Positions 9,130 through 18,372 of a stretch of 41,600 nt of DNA are shown here, piece after piece. Numbering within the stretch: position 1 is the first letter of the stretch; each line of letters opens with the position of its first letter. The notes beneath the pieces are model-generated. The model was not told where the DNA came from and ran no database searches. It saw nothing but the letters and a program-made list of their open reading frames with translations. Made by a program: the position numbers and the translations under genes. Where the stretch lies: the NCBI GenBank assembly GCA_964452145.1, contig CAYVLA010000016.1, positions 1 through 41,600 of the forward strand, in the 5' to 3' direction. The DNA is from Candidatus Hadarchaeota archaeon. GTDB taxonomy: Archaea > CAYQAE01 > CAYVLA01.

Positions 9130-10349
9130 GATCCCTCTCTCGAAAGCCTGGTTGCAGCTACGTCCCTGTAGAGTTTTCTCCTCACCATCAGCAGCCACAG
9201 TAGGGAACCCGCCAGGAGGGAGGTGCCGGTGACAACACACCATTCGGTGAAAAATATCCAAAAGGCCGCGGCATCCCTGGCCTTGAGGGCGGAATCCATT
9301 GCGCCGTCGCACATCGTCAACGCCTTGGCCAGGCTCTCAAGGGCATCGTCAAGCCTGGCCTCGACGTAGAGGCCCATCCCCCGGGCCCTCTCATGCTGGA
9401 TGTCGATGATGAGTCTGTTCACGTTATCGGTGCTCCCACCAAATTTCTCGATGAGATCGACCATGTTGTACAACATAGTGAGGGCATCGTTCGCCTCCCT
9501 CATCCTGCGTCTGACCATGTAGACCATCTCCAGGTCCTCTGGCATCTTTTGACCGGCTAGGAAAAGCATCATGTTTATGGCATAGTCCCCGTAGTATCTC
9601 CAGTTCATGAATATCGAGCCCCCTGCAGGCGTCCAGTCGGCTCCCTGGGCCATGGTCCTGCCCTCCCCGATGTCCCACCACATCAGGAAAGGATATGTGC
9701 CCACCATGCCCTGGACGAGGTCTGCGACGTGGTGGGAGTTGGGCCTGGGCAGGATGTTGTTGCTGGAGGAGAAGTACCCAAATCTCCCCAGCTCGCCGAA
9801 GGGAAGGCTCTTGATGAACTCGTCGTTCCAATCCAGTATCCGAACCCTCCCGCCCGACATGCTGAGGGACGCGGTTATCATTTCGCACGGGAGGACCTCG
9901 GCCACCTCCGTGGGCTGCCAGGAAGGGAAACCGCCCTCCTGGGCGAAGCTCTCGGCACCCCCTATCATTACCAAGCCGAGCCCCTCAAGGATGACCCCGT
10001 CCTTCATCCAGCGGAAGTGCTCGTTGCGAAAGGCGTTGCGGTTCGCATCGCTCAGGATCACGACATCGTTGAGCAGAAACCGGGAGTAGGTCCGTGGCAT
10101 ATACACCCTGACGCTCTTCTTGATCTGATCCTCCGACTGATGAATGGTGCAGGCGTAGACCGCCGTGCAGGATAGGAGAGGCTCCTTGCTCAGTATCGGA
10201 AAAGGGTTTGGCACGCCCATGGCGTCCCCCATATAGATGACTCGAATCCTTCCCGTCGCGGGATCCGCCCTTAGCTCTCGACCTTGAGCTACCGATACTG
10301 CCAACGAGACGGCCAGCATAGCGATGACAAGTTCTCTCGACTCCCTCAT
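9126..10349 (-). CDS. Secreted, membrane-anchored class I GATase-like (DUF1355-like) protein
   Basis: Signal peptide; GLGLVMIGGAESF, TEVAEVLP and WDIGEGRTMA; C-terminal TM followed by RRKLYR; paralog of 25553..26794. Confidence 0.75.
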   Translation of the reverse strand: MRESRELVIAMLAVSLAVSVAQGRELRADPATGRIRVIYMGDAMGVPNPFPILSKEPLLSCTAVYACTIHQSEDQIKKSVRVYMPRTYSRFLLNDVVILSDANRNAFRNEHFRWMKDGVILEGLGLVMIGGAESFAQEGGFPSWQPTEVAEVLPCEMITASLSMSGGRVRILDWNDEFIKSLPFGELGRFGYFSSSNNILPRPNSHHVADLVQGMVGTYPFLMWWDIGEGRTMAQGADWTPAGGSIFMNWRYYGDYAINMMLFLAGQKMPEDLEMVYMVRRRMREANDALTMLYNMVDLIEKFGGSTDNVNRLIIDIQHERARGMGLYVEARLDDALESLAKALTMCDGAMDSALKARDAAAFWIFFTEWCVVTGTSLLAGSLLWLLMVRRKLYRDVAATRLSREGS

Positions 10350-10376
10350 GTCAGCAATGAATCACGGATCATCAGG

Positions 10377-10390
10377 TGATAACCGTTTCG
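10377..10390 (-). promoter_or_regulatory. Putative archaeal BRE-TATA promoter
   Basis: CGAAACGGTTATCA on the minus strand, about 28 nt upstream of the ATG at 10349. Confidence 0.55.
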
Positions 10391-10488
10391 GTGAACATGG
10401 AGAGCAGAGACCCCAGGCTTGGCCAGAGACGACCTCATGAAGCCCGAAAAGAGATTTCTTCCTTGCCAGAGGTCTAGATGGGATCCGC

Positions 10489-11547
10489 TTGACTTTGGAA
10501 CCGGATTTTTCCAGACTCGAGACCGTCCTGAGGATGGAGGGAGAACCCGACAGAGTCCCCTTCTACGAACATCTGGTGGACCTAGAGATCATGGCAACAG
10601 TCGTCGGCATGCCCGTGCCCTACGACTCCTTTGAAGGCATGCTGGACCTGCGATCCATTTTCTACAAGTCCCTCGGATACGATTACTTCCCCATAGAGAT
10701 AGCGTGGCCCCTGACCAGGAGGAACTTCCTCTGCGGCTGCGATACGGCATGGATTCCCAGATCCAGTAGAAGATGGGTCGACCAGCAGCACGGAACCATC
10801 GAGACGACGGAGGACTTCCAAGCCTATGCCTGGCCGGAGAAGGGATTCGACTACTCAGGGCCGGTCGAGAGAGCCTCCTCGATGGTTACCCAAGGAGCAA
10901 AACTGATCGTACATGCCCACGGAGGGGTGTTGGAGAATACCATGTGGCTTATGGGAGCAAGACCCTTTGCCAAGGCGCTTCATACGGATCGAAGGTTGGT
11001 CGGGGCCATATTCAGACAAGTCGGCAGGGCGCTGGCCGAGGCCTTCGGCCAGGCTTCCGACGTTGGTGGGGTTGGAGCCATCTGTCTGGGAGATGATATG
11101 GGTCTTAGGACGGGGACGATGATCTCGCCGACCGAACTCAGGAGGTCCGTCTTCCCGTGGCACAGACGGCTGTGCAGGATCGCTCACTCCAAAGACCTGC
11201 CTTTCATCCTGCACGCATGCGGCAATCTGACCGCCGTCATGGAGGATCTGATTGGCTACGTTGGCATAGACGCCAAACACTCCTTCGAGGATGCGATCAT
11301 GCCGGTAGCGCAGGTGAGGGAGAGATGGGGTTCCCGGGTAGCGCTCCTCGGAGGGGTCGATGTGGACGTCCTGGCCAGGAGGGACGTGCCAACCACCGTT
11401 TCCTACGTCAGGGAGGTGATGAACGGTTGCCTCACCGGTGGTTGTTGGGCGCTTGGCTCGGGCAACAGCATTCCGAACTATGTCAAGGTCGAGAACTACC
11501 TGGCGATGCTTGGGGAGGGGCGGAGGACCGGTCGGTATCCCCGCTAG
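10489..11547 (+). CDS. Uroporphyrinogen decarboxylase / MtaA-like methyltransferase family protein
   Basis: GEPDRVPFYE, GDDMG...ISP, LHACGN, DAKHSFED, LLGGVDV and GSGNSIP motifs. Confidence 0.88.
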   Translation: MTLEPDFSRLETVLRMEGEPDRVPFYEHLVDLEIMATVVGMPVPYDSFEGMLDLRSIFYKSLGYDYFPIEIAWPLTRRNFLCGCDTAWIPRSSRRWVDQQHGTIETTEDFQAYAWPEKGFDYSGPVERASSMVTQGAKLIVHAHGGVLENTMWLMGARPFAKALHTDRRLVGAIFRQVGRALAEAFGQASDVGGVGAICLGDDMGLRTGTMISPTELRRSVFPWHRRLCRIAHSKDLPFILHACGNLTAVMEDLIGYVGIDAKHSFEDAIMPVAQVRERWGSRVALLGGVDVDVLARRDVPTTVSYVREVMNGCLTGGCWALGSGNSIPNYVKVENYLAMLGEGRRTGRYPR

Positions 11548-13403
11548 CCCCGGAGGGACGGGAACTTCCATGAATCCTTGTGGGGCAGGTACGTCGAGTC
11601 CATGTAGTTCTTGGTGAAGTTCGTCGCACAGGTCAGCTCAACGTACCGTATCTTCTCGGCGATGTGATTGCTGACTTCTCTTAGGGAACGTGACAGAAGG
11701 GCAAGCTTGGCTCCCGCAGCAGCGCCGTTGCCAATGAACCTGAGTCGATCGAGGGGGATGTCCGGTATCAAACCGATGATCTTCGCGCTCGTGAAGTCTA
11801 TGAAGTTCCCAAAGGCCCCGGCAACATAGAGAGCGCTGATCTCCTCGGGATCCTTGTCCAGGTACTCCATAAGGGTGCTCGCCCCGCTGTGAATCGCGGC
11901 CTTGGCGAGCTGAACCTCCCGGATGTCCCTCTGAGTCATGACGATATCCATCCCTATCCCGGTCTGGTCTGCCCGGGCGAGAACGAATTCCTTCATCCCG
12001 TCTCCCTGTCTGACTCTGGGATGGTCTCTGAAACGTCCGTCCTCGCCAAGAGCGCCATCCCGCCTCATGGCCGCCACAGCATCGATGATCCCGGCGCCAG
12101 CGAGTCCGGATGGTGGCGTGTTCCCTATCGTCTTGAGGCTGACATGGTCTCCTTCGATCTTCACCCTCTGTATGGCTCCTTGGGCCGCCCTCATGCCGAA
12201 TCTGATATGGGCCCCCTCCAGCGCCGGTCCGGCGGCGCAAGAGCAGACGGTCAGCCCAGAGGAATCCCCCAGGACGATCTCGCCATTTGTTCCTATGTCG
12301 ATGGCCATGGAGGTCTCGGTTGCCTCATAGATCCTGGATGCCAGGATGACTGCGCAGGTATCCGCCCCCACGTAGCCCGCCAAAGTGGGCAGTGCATGGA
12401 CGGGCGTGTCCGGGTTGAGCTTCAGCCCAACGACCTGTGCAGTGAGATCCAGACTCCTCCGAACAACAGGTGAGAATGGCGAGACGCCCAGATACGCTGT
12501 CGGCAGGCCGAGTGCGATGTGGTGCATCACGGTATTGCCGACGATGCAGACATCGAAAACATCGCTCGTTCGGACCCCTTGCTGACGACAGCAACTGGAG
12601 ATCAGGCGGGAGACCGATGAAGCCACGAGGTTGTGCAGCCTCGAGGCGTTCTCTCTCCCCGTTCTGGCATGGGCCAGCCTCGTCACCACATCTTCGCCGT
12701 AGGGGATTTGGGGATTCAGAACCGAGTCGGTGGAGACCGTTCTGCCCGACAGCAGATCAACCAGGTAACAGACTATGGTCGTCGTCCCCACATCGACCGC
12801 AGCCCCTAGGGCTCTTCTGGTGACGTCGCCTGGCTCCACTCTGATCAGACGTCGGGAGTTCCACACGGCGGCAGTGACCCTCCATTCAGCAGCTCTCATC
12901 AGGTCGGGCCCGCGAACAAGCGACGAGATGCTCTCTTCCTCCACATCCAGACCGATTTTCGCAAGGGCGCGCCTAAGCCGCTCAAAGTCAGCTAGAGGGT
13001 CGTCCAGGGTGGGGGGTTCCAGCACCACGTAGTGCTTCGTCACCGTCGGGTCAATCGTGATCTGATACTCCAGCCCCTCCACCAAGATGTCCGGGGCGGC
13101 CTGCCTGCTCTCCTCCGGTATCTCAACCGTCAGGTTCCTTCTCGGCAGAGCCATGCAGGCAAGCCTGATGCCCCTTGTCAAGTCCTGCTTACCAAGCAGA
13201 TCGGTCTCGGCTTGGGAGGGAGGCTCCAAAGCGGAGGGATCCCGCACCCTGACCTTGCATTTGCCGCATTTCCCCCTCCCACCGCAGATCGAGGGAACGA
13301 ATACGCCGCAAAGGCGTGCCCCGTCCAGAAGGCTCATGCCCGGCCCAAGCGTACTCCTCTTGCCCAACGGCTGGAAGACAACCGTGATTCCCCGTTCCTG
13401 CAT
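11544..13403 (-). CDS. RACE/RACo-type reductive activator of corrinoid proteins (2Fe-2S + ASKHA, DUF4445)
   Basis: CGGRGKCGKC...LAC ferredoxin motif; DVGTTT, NPQIPYGEDVVTR, DIGTNGE, AAGPALEG, QLAKAAI and AGAFG. Start at 13403 or 13415. Confidence 0.92.
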   Translation of the reverse strand: MQERGITVVFQPLGKRSTLGPGMSLLDGARLCGVFVPSICGGRGKCGKCKVRVRDPSALEPPSQAETDLLGKQDLTRGIRLACMALPRRNLTVEIPEESRQAAPDILVEGLEYQITIDPTVTKHYVVLEPPTLDDPLADFERLRRALAKIGLDVEEESISSLVRGPDLMRAAEWRVTAAVWNSRRLIRVEPGDVTRRALGAAVDVGTTTIVCYLVDLLSGRTVSTDSVLNPQIPYGEDVVTRLAHARTGRENASRLHNLVASSVSRLISSCCRQQGVRTSDVFDVCIVGNTVMHHIALGLPTAYLGVSPFSPVVRRSLDLTAQVVGLKLNPDTPVHALPTLAGYVGADTCAVILASRIYEATETSMAIDIGTNGEIVLGDSSGLTVCSCAAGPALEGAHIRFGMRAAQGAIQRVKIEGDHVSLKTIGNTPPSGLAGAGIIDAVAAMRRDGALGEDGRFRDHPRVRQGDGMKEFVLARADQTGIGMDIVMTQRDIREVQLAKAAIHSGASTLMEYLDKDPEEISALYVAGAFGNFIDFTSAKIIGLIPDIPLDRLRFIGNGAAAGAKLALLSRSLREVSNHIAEKIRYVELTCATNFTKNYMDSTYLPHKDSWKFPSLRG

Positions 13404-13568
13404 ACTGAAGCACATGCCGGATTGGGCGGGTTGTCCGTCCGTGTTCTTAACTGTTGATCATCACCCATGCCCCCCGGCATATACACGGCCTTGCCCGTGA
13501 CACAAGATGATCGACGATCTGCGTTGGAGCAACATTTATGGCGCAAAAGGAGTTAACGGACAGGGATC

Positions 13569-14519
13569 ATGGCACTATTCGGCGAGGCATCCAGGGCCGA
13601 GCAGGTAAGCTACTATCAGTCGGAGTGGTCGGCCCGGAGCCTGCCGGACTTCGTGACAAAGGGCATGGAGTCGCGCGAGTTTGCCTTTGATCACGACGGG
13701 AACGGACCCAGCGACAGGTACAACGTCTTCCAGAGCCCGGGGGAGTTGGGCAGTTACATCCAGAGCAGGGCGCCCTACGCAGCCTACTGCAGCGTGGCCT
13801 TCTACAGAGAGCCGAGAAGGAGGGAGGGGATCATGAGAACCGAGCTGGCCTTCGACGTGGATGCCAAGGATCTGGCCGTGCGATCGTGCAGCTGCCCCCC
13901 CGGACAGGTCTGTCAGGTGTGTCTGGCAGATGCCAAGGAACTGGTCCTTGACTATGTTCACTGCCTTCGGACGGATCTTGCACTGCGAGAGATCTACCTG
14001 GTGTATTCGGGCAGGGGCTTCCACATCAGGGTCTACGACCCCCGGATAAGCATGGTCACCTCTTCCGGTCGGCGCAAGATCCTCGACTACGTTTCAGGAG
14101 GCGTCCTGCCCGCAAACCTGTTCATCGAGCATGGCTACAGTGCGGTGTTCCGTAGCAGGGCGTCCTGGATACTGCGCCGGATCGAAGGGGAGGACTTGGC
14201 TGGCCTCCGGGGAACCATTCCGCGCAGTACCATCAAGAAGCGCGAAGACATCCTCAAAGCCTTGGAGGACCAGGATAGACTCGCGCTCCACCGGCTCATG
14301 GGTGAGAAGACGCTCAGCGCCCTGTTCGGCTATCTCGCCACGCTGGCCAGTGGGCTGACAGATGCGAAGGTAACCATGGACGAGAAGAGGATCATCAGGT
14401 TGCCGACTACTCTGCATTCAAAGGTCAGCATGAAGTGCATGGTAGTCGAGGATCCTGCCAAGTTCGATCCCATGAGGGACGCTGTCCCGGAGTTCGTGCG
14501 CCGCCGCGGGGGCAACTGA
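13569..14519 (+). CDS. priS: DNA primase small (catalytic) subunit
   Basis: REFAFD, ELAFDVD (DxD), Zn insert CSC...CQVC, YSGRGFH, and D...RIIRLPTTLHSK. Confidence 0.95.
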   Translation: MALFGEASRAEQVSYYQSEWSARSLPDFVTKGMESREFAFDHDGNGPSDRYNVFQSPGELGSYIQSRAPYAAYCSVAFYREPRRREGIMRTELAFDVDAKDLAVRSCSCPPGQVCQVCLADAKELVLDYVHCLRTDLALREIYLVYSGRGFHIRVYDPRISMVTSSGRRKILDYVSGGVLPANLFIEHGYSAVFRSRASWILRRIEGEDLAGLRGTIPRSTIKKREDILKALEDQDRLALHRLMGEKTLSALFGYLATLASGLTDAKVTMDEKRIIRLPTTLHSKVSMKCMVVEDPAKFDPMRDAVPEFVRRRGGN

Positions 14520-17378
14520 ATGGCAGACATCGAGCAGCTCGCCGCTGCGGATGATCCGACGGGTCAGCAAGGGGACCGGGACGTGTTCTCCTCGTTCCAA
14601 TCCAAGATACGGGAAGCCCTCCGTCGCAAAGGCTTCACCAAGCCCACCCTGATCCAGGAGAAGGCAATACCGATCGTCGCCAGGGGCGACAACGTGTTGA
14701 TCATAGGGCCAACCGGCGAGGGGAAGACGGAGGCTGCGATCCTTCCGATCCTGGACAGGATGTTATCCCAGGGCAAGCCCAAGGCCATCAGCATCCTCTA
14801 CATCGCGCCGCTGCGCGCCCTGAATAGGGATCTTCTGGACCGCATCGAGTGGTGGGGGCAGGATCTCGGCTTCAGAGTCCAAGTCCGGCATGGTGACACG
14901 CCTGCCAGACAGCGCAGGAGGCAGGCCATCCGCCCGCCGGATGTGCTCATAACCACTCCGGAGACCCTTCAGGCCATCCTTCCCGGAACCACGATGAGAA
15001 GACATCTGGAGGGAGTCAGGTTTGTCGTGGTTGATGAGGTTCATGAGTTGGCACAGGACAAGAGGGGAGTACAGCTCGCCTTTGCACTGGAAAGGCTGGT
15101 CGAGATCTCGGGCGAGTTCCAGCGAATCGGTCTGTCAGCGACTGTGGGCTCGCCTGATCTCGTGGCCAGCTTCCTCGGCGGGAACAGGCAGGTGACGATC
15201 TGCAAGACAGCCTTCCTGCGAGATGTCAAGCTTAGGGTTGAATTCCCCAGACCAGTGGATCAGGATGACCCGATCGCCAAAAAACTGATGATCTCCAAGA
15301 AGAGCGCGGCAAGGCTCAGGCGAGTGAGGGAACTCGTGGATGCCCATAGATCGACGCTGGTCTTCGTCAACACCCGGGATATGGCCGAGATTCTATCCTC
15401 AAGATTCAACCTGTGGGACCGCGCATCATCCGTCGATGTCCACCATAGCTCCCTTTCCTCGACGGTAAGGATAGAGGCGGAACGCAGGCTGAAGTCGGAA
15501 GAGATCAAGGGGATAATATGCACCTCGTCCATGGAGCTGGGCATAGATGTCGGCAGCGTCGATCTTGTGATCCAGTACATGTCCCCCAGGCAGGTCTACC
15601 GCCTGATCCAGAGGGTGGGCAGATCGGGTCACAGAACTGGCCAGACCTCCGAGGGCGTGGTTGTTACAGTTGACGCTGACGATCTGCTGGAATCCATGGC
15701 TATCGCAAGCGGTACGGTCTCTGAACAGATAGAGGAGACCTTGGTTCCGACGCTTTCGCTGGATGTCCTCGCACATCAGATCGTTGGGCTTTGCCTGGAG
15801 GAGAGGGTCGTACCGGCCTCTAGGATCTTGTCCATCGCTCGGAGATCCCATCCGTACCGGAACCTCTCCTCGGAGGATCTCATGCGGGTGATCAGGCAGC
15901 TGGAGACCCAGGACATGATCTGGGTGGATGGGGCCAACCTTCGCCGGAAACGAGCGGCCTGGCAGTACTACTTCGAGAACCTCAGCACCATACCTGACGT
16001 CAAGAAGTATAGGATCATCAACATCGTCTCCAACCAGCAGATCGGGACTCTGGACGAGGAGTTCGTTGCAACAAGGGCCGAGAGGGGAACGGTGTTCATT
16101 ACCAAGGGGGAGGCGTGGACCATACTTGACGTTGAGGAGAACAAGGTGATGGTCTCACCCGTGGTGGATCCCATAGGTGCCATACCGGGCTGGATCGGTG
16201 AGATGATACCGGTGCCCTACGAGATATCCCAAGAGGTCGGGAGGCTGCGACGAGTCCTGTCGGGGGATTTCGACCAAGCACGGATCCTTGAGGCCTACCG
16301 GATAGGCAAGGACGAGCTTAGGCTCGTGAAGGCGTACGTGAGGTCCCAGCTAAGGAAGAGCGTGGTCCCCACGGACACTAGGCTTGTGCTGGAATCCTAC
16401 CAAGACAAGGTTGTCTTCCACGGCTGCTACGGTACCCGGGCAAACGAGACAATCGCAAGGATCGTTGCCGCGCTCCTGACAGCCCGCTTCGGGGCAGCGG
16501 TCGCCGTCAAAGTCGACCCCTACAGGGTAGTCTTCACGTTCCCGGACGGGGTCGGCAAGCCAGAGCTGGTTCTCCGGACGATAATGGATATCGACACCCA
16601 ACACGTGCTTCCGATACTCGAGATCGTGATCAAGCGCACGGCTCTCTTCAGGTGGCGCCTCGTCCACGTTGCCAAGCGATTCGGGGCCATGCGCAGAGAT
16701 GTGGACTACCAGGCGATCAGCCTTGAGAGGTTGGCGATGACCTTTGAGGACACCCCTATCTACAAGGAAACCCTGAATGAGATCATGCTCGAGAAGCTTG
16801 ACGCTGAGAGGGTGTCTGCGATCTTCGACAAGATCAAGTCCGGTGCGATAGAGACGGAGATACTCCGAAGCAATGAGGTCTCGCCCTTCGCCGCCCCCGT
16901 CCTGCTGCGCGAGGGATTCTCGGACATCATCTCACCTGAATCCCCATTGATGGAGATCATGTCGATCCTGAAGAGAAGGCTCATGGCCAAGCGACTGAAG
17001 CTCCTGTGCATGAACTGCTTGGCCTCCACCAAGCTCAAAGTAGAGGAGGTGGATGAGACACCCAGATGTTGGAAGTGCGGATCCAAGGTCCTAGCAGCCC
17101 TCAGACCCGCAGACGGCCAGACGGAGGAGGCCCTCGGCAGAAAGGACAGGGGTAGGCTGACGCCCACCCAGAAGGATCTGGTTGAGAAAGCAAGGCTCAG
17201 CGCGGACCTTGTGTCCGAGTACGGCAGGAGGGCTGTCATGACCATGGCCGCAAGGGGCATCGGACCCCAGACAGCGGCCAGGATACTCTCCAGACTCCAT
17301 CGGAGCGAGGACGATCTGCTTCGAGACATCTTCTCCCAGGAGAAGCTCTACGTTCAGACCCGGAGATTCTGGGACTGA
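14520..17378 (+). CDS. lhr: Lhr-family SF2 helicase with C-terminal Cys-rich Zn finger
   Basis: PTGEGKT, PLRALNRD, TTPETL, DEVH, SAT, HHSSLS and QRVGRSGH motifs; CMNC...CWKC near the C-terminus. Confidence 0.93.
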   Translation: MADIEQLAAADDPTGQQGDRDVFSSFQSKIREALRRKGFTKPTLIQEKAIPIVARGDNVLIIGPTGEGKTEAAILPILDRMLSQGKPKAISILYIAPLRALNRDLLDRIEWWGQDLGFRVQVRHGDTPARQRRRQAIRPPDVLITTPETLQAILPGTTMRRHLEGVRFVVVDEVHELAQDKRGVQLAFALERLVEISGEFQRIGLSATVGSPDLVASFLGGNRQVTICKTAFLRDVKLRVEFPRPVDQDDPIAKKLMISKKSAARLRRVRELVDAHRSTLVFVNTRDMAEILSSRFNLWDRASSVDVHHSSLSSTVRIEAERRLKSEEIKGIICTSSMELGIDVGSVDLVIQYMSPRQVYRLIQRVGRSGHRTGQTSEGVVVTVDADDLLESMAIASGTVSEQIEETLVPTLSLDVLAHQIVGLCLEERVVPASRILSIARRSHPYRNLSSEDLMRVIRQLETQDMIWVDGANLRRKRAAWQYYFENLSTIPDVKKYRIINIVSNQQIGTLDEEFVATRAERGTVFITKGEAWTILDVEENKVMVSPVVDPIGAIPGWIGEMIPVPYEISQEVGRLRRVLSGDFDQARILEAYRIGKDELRLVKAYVRSQLRKSVVPTDTRLVLESYQDKVVFHGCYGTRANETIARIVAALLTARFGAAVAVKVDPYRVVFTFPDGVGKPELVLRTIMDIDTQHVLPILEIVIKRTALFRWRLVHVAKRFGAMRRDVDYQAISLERLAMTFEDTPIYKETLNEIMLEKLDAERVSAIFDKIKSGAIETEILRSNEVSPFAAPVLLREGFSDIISPESPLMEIMSILKRRLMAKRLKLLCMNCLASTKLKVEEVDETPRCWKCGSKVLAALRPADGQTEEALGRKDRGRLTPTQKDLVEKARLSADLVSEYGRRAVMTMAARGIGPQTAARILSRLHRSEDDLLRDIFSQEKLYVQTRRFWD

Positions 17379-17379
17379 G

Positions 17380-18252
17380 CTACATCATATTGAACTCTTT
17401 GAGCAGCATGAGCTCGTCAAGTTCCACCTTCTGACCGGTCTTAAACTTCTCAAGGGCCTCCTCCGCCCTCTTCTTGAGTTTCTGCTCGTTGGCAGCGGAT
17501 CGCCTTTCAGTCCTCTTCAGGTCTACGGCTTTCTCCCTCTCCATGAGCTTGCCGATCCTCTGCCTGAGAGCCATGAGCTCCGCGTGTTTGGCATCGGCCT
17601 GGGCCAAGGACTCGATCATCTCACGATGCTTGGCATCAGCCTCCTTCCTCTGGGGCTTGGCCTGCGCCAAGAGATCGATCATCTTCTGGTGGAGGGCCTG
17701 GGATTCCTTTGACAGGGCGATGATCTTCGAATGAAGCCTGCTGGAGGATATGCGGAGGGCGTCCACTTCGATCCTCTTGTCGCCTGCCTCCCTCAACTTC
17801 TCACGGAGGGCCCGGGCCTGTTCGGCCTCCTTTCTCAGCTTCTCGACCCTGTCAACGAGTTTCCTCTCCCTATCCATGCTTAGGACTCGCGTCTGGATCT
17901 CCCAGTCCAGCCGCTGGATCTCCTCGTTTATCTCCTCCTCAGGCCGGATCCGCGGCATGCTTTTCAGATCCATTCCCATCTCTTGCATCTTCTCGCGGGA
18001 AACCCTAGCGGCGACGGTCGCCTCATCCCTTCTTTGCTTATGGGCCTTTATCTGGGCGTTCAGCTTGTCCCTCTGGGCCCGGTACTCGTTCGCCCTTTGC
18101 AGGAGGTCGCGAACCTCGCTGTTGAGCTGGTCACGCCTGATCCTCAGCTTTCGGGCTTTCTCGTTGAGGTCATCCCTCTCCACTTGGATCGTCTTGGCTG
18201 CCTCATACAGTGCGTCGATCTTGGCCTCAAGATCCTTGGAGGATTCAGGCAT
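17380..18252 (-). CDS. Archaeal coiled-coil protein (COG1340-like)
   Basis: Heptad-rich; RDQLNSEV, LDWEIQT...ERKLV and AEEALEKFKTGQK...DEL motifs. Confidence 0.8.
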   Translation of the reverse strand: MPESSKDLEAKIDALYEAAKTIQVERDDLNEKARKLRIRRDQLNSEVRDLLQRANEYRAQRDKLNAQIKAHKQRRDEATVAARVSREKMQEMGMDLKSMPRIRPEEEINEEIQRLDWEIQTRVLSMDRERKLVDRVEKLRKEAEQARALREKLREAGDKRIEVDALRISSSRLHSKIIALSKESQALHQKMIDLLAQAKPQRKEADAKHREMIESLAQADAKHAELMALRQRIGKLMEREKAVDLKRTERRSAANEQKLKKRAEEALEKFKTGQKVELDELMLLKEFNMM

Positions 18253-18276
18253 CTAGCCCGCACGTTGGGCCTAGGG

Positions 18277-18332
18277 TATTTATTGCTTTTCCGGTAAAGG
18301 GATGGAGAAAGCCACAGGAAAAACATATTATA
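18277..18332. promoter_or_regulatory. Divergent BRE-TATA promoters
   Basis: Minus strand GGAAAAGCAATAAATA about 25 nt before the ATG at 18252; plus strand GGAAAAACATATTATA about 40 nt before the ATG at 18373. Confidence 0.55.
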
Positions 18333-18372
18333 CGGTGTTCGGGCCTCCAACCACGGCTTTCGGGGAAGTCCC

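Noticed and set aside
13416..13568. GTGATGA (box C-like) on the minus strand, or a cobalamin riboswitch upstream of the corrinoid activator
   Set aside because: No box D (CTGA) at a suitable distance and no B12-box pattern; the region is explained by divergent promoters
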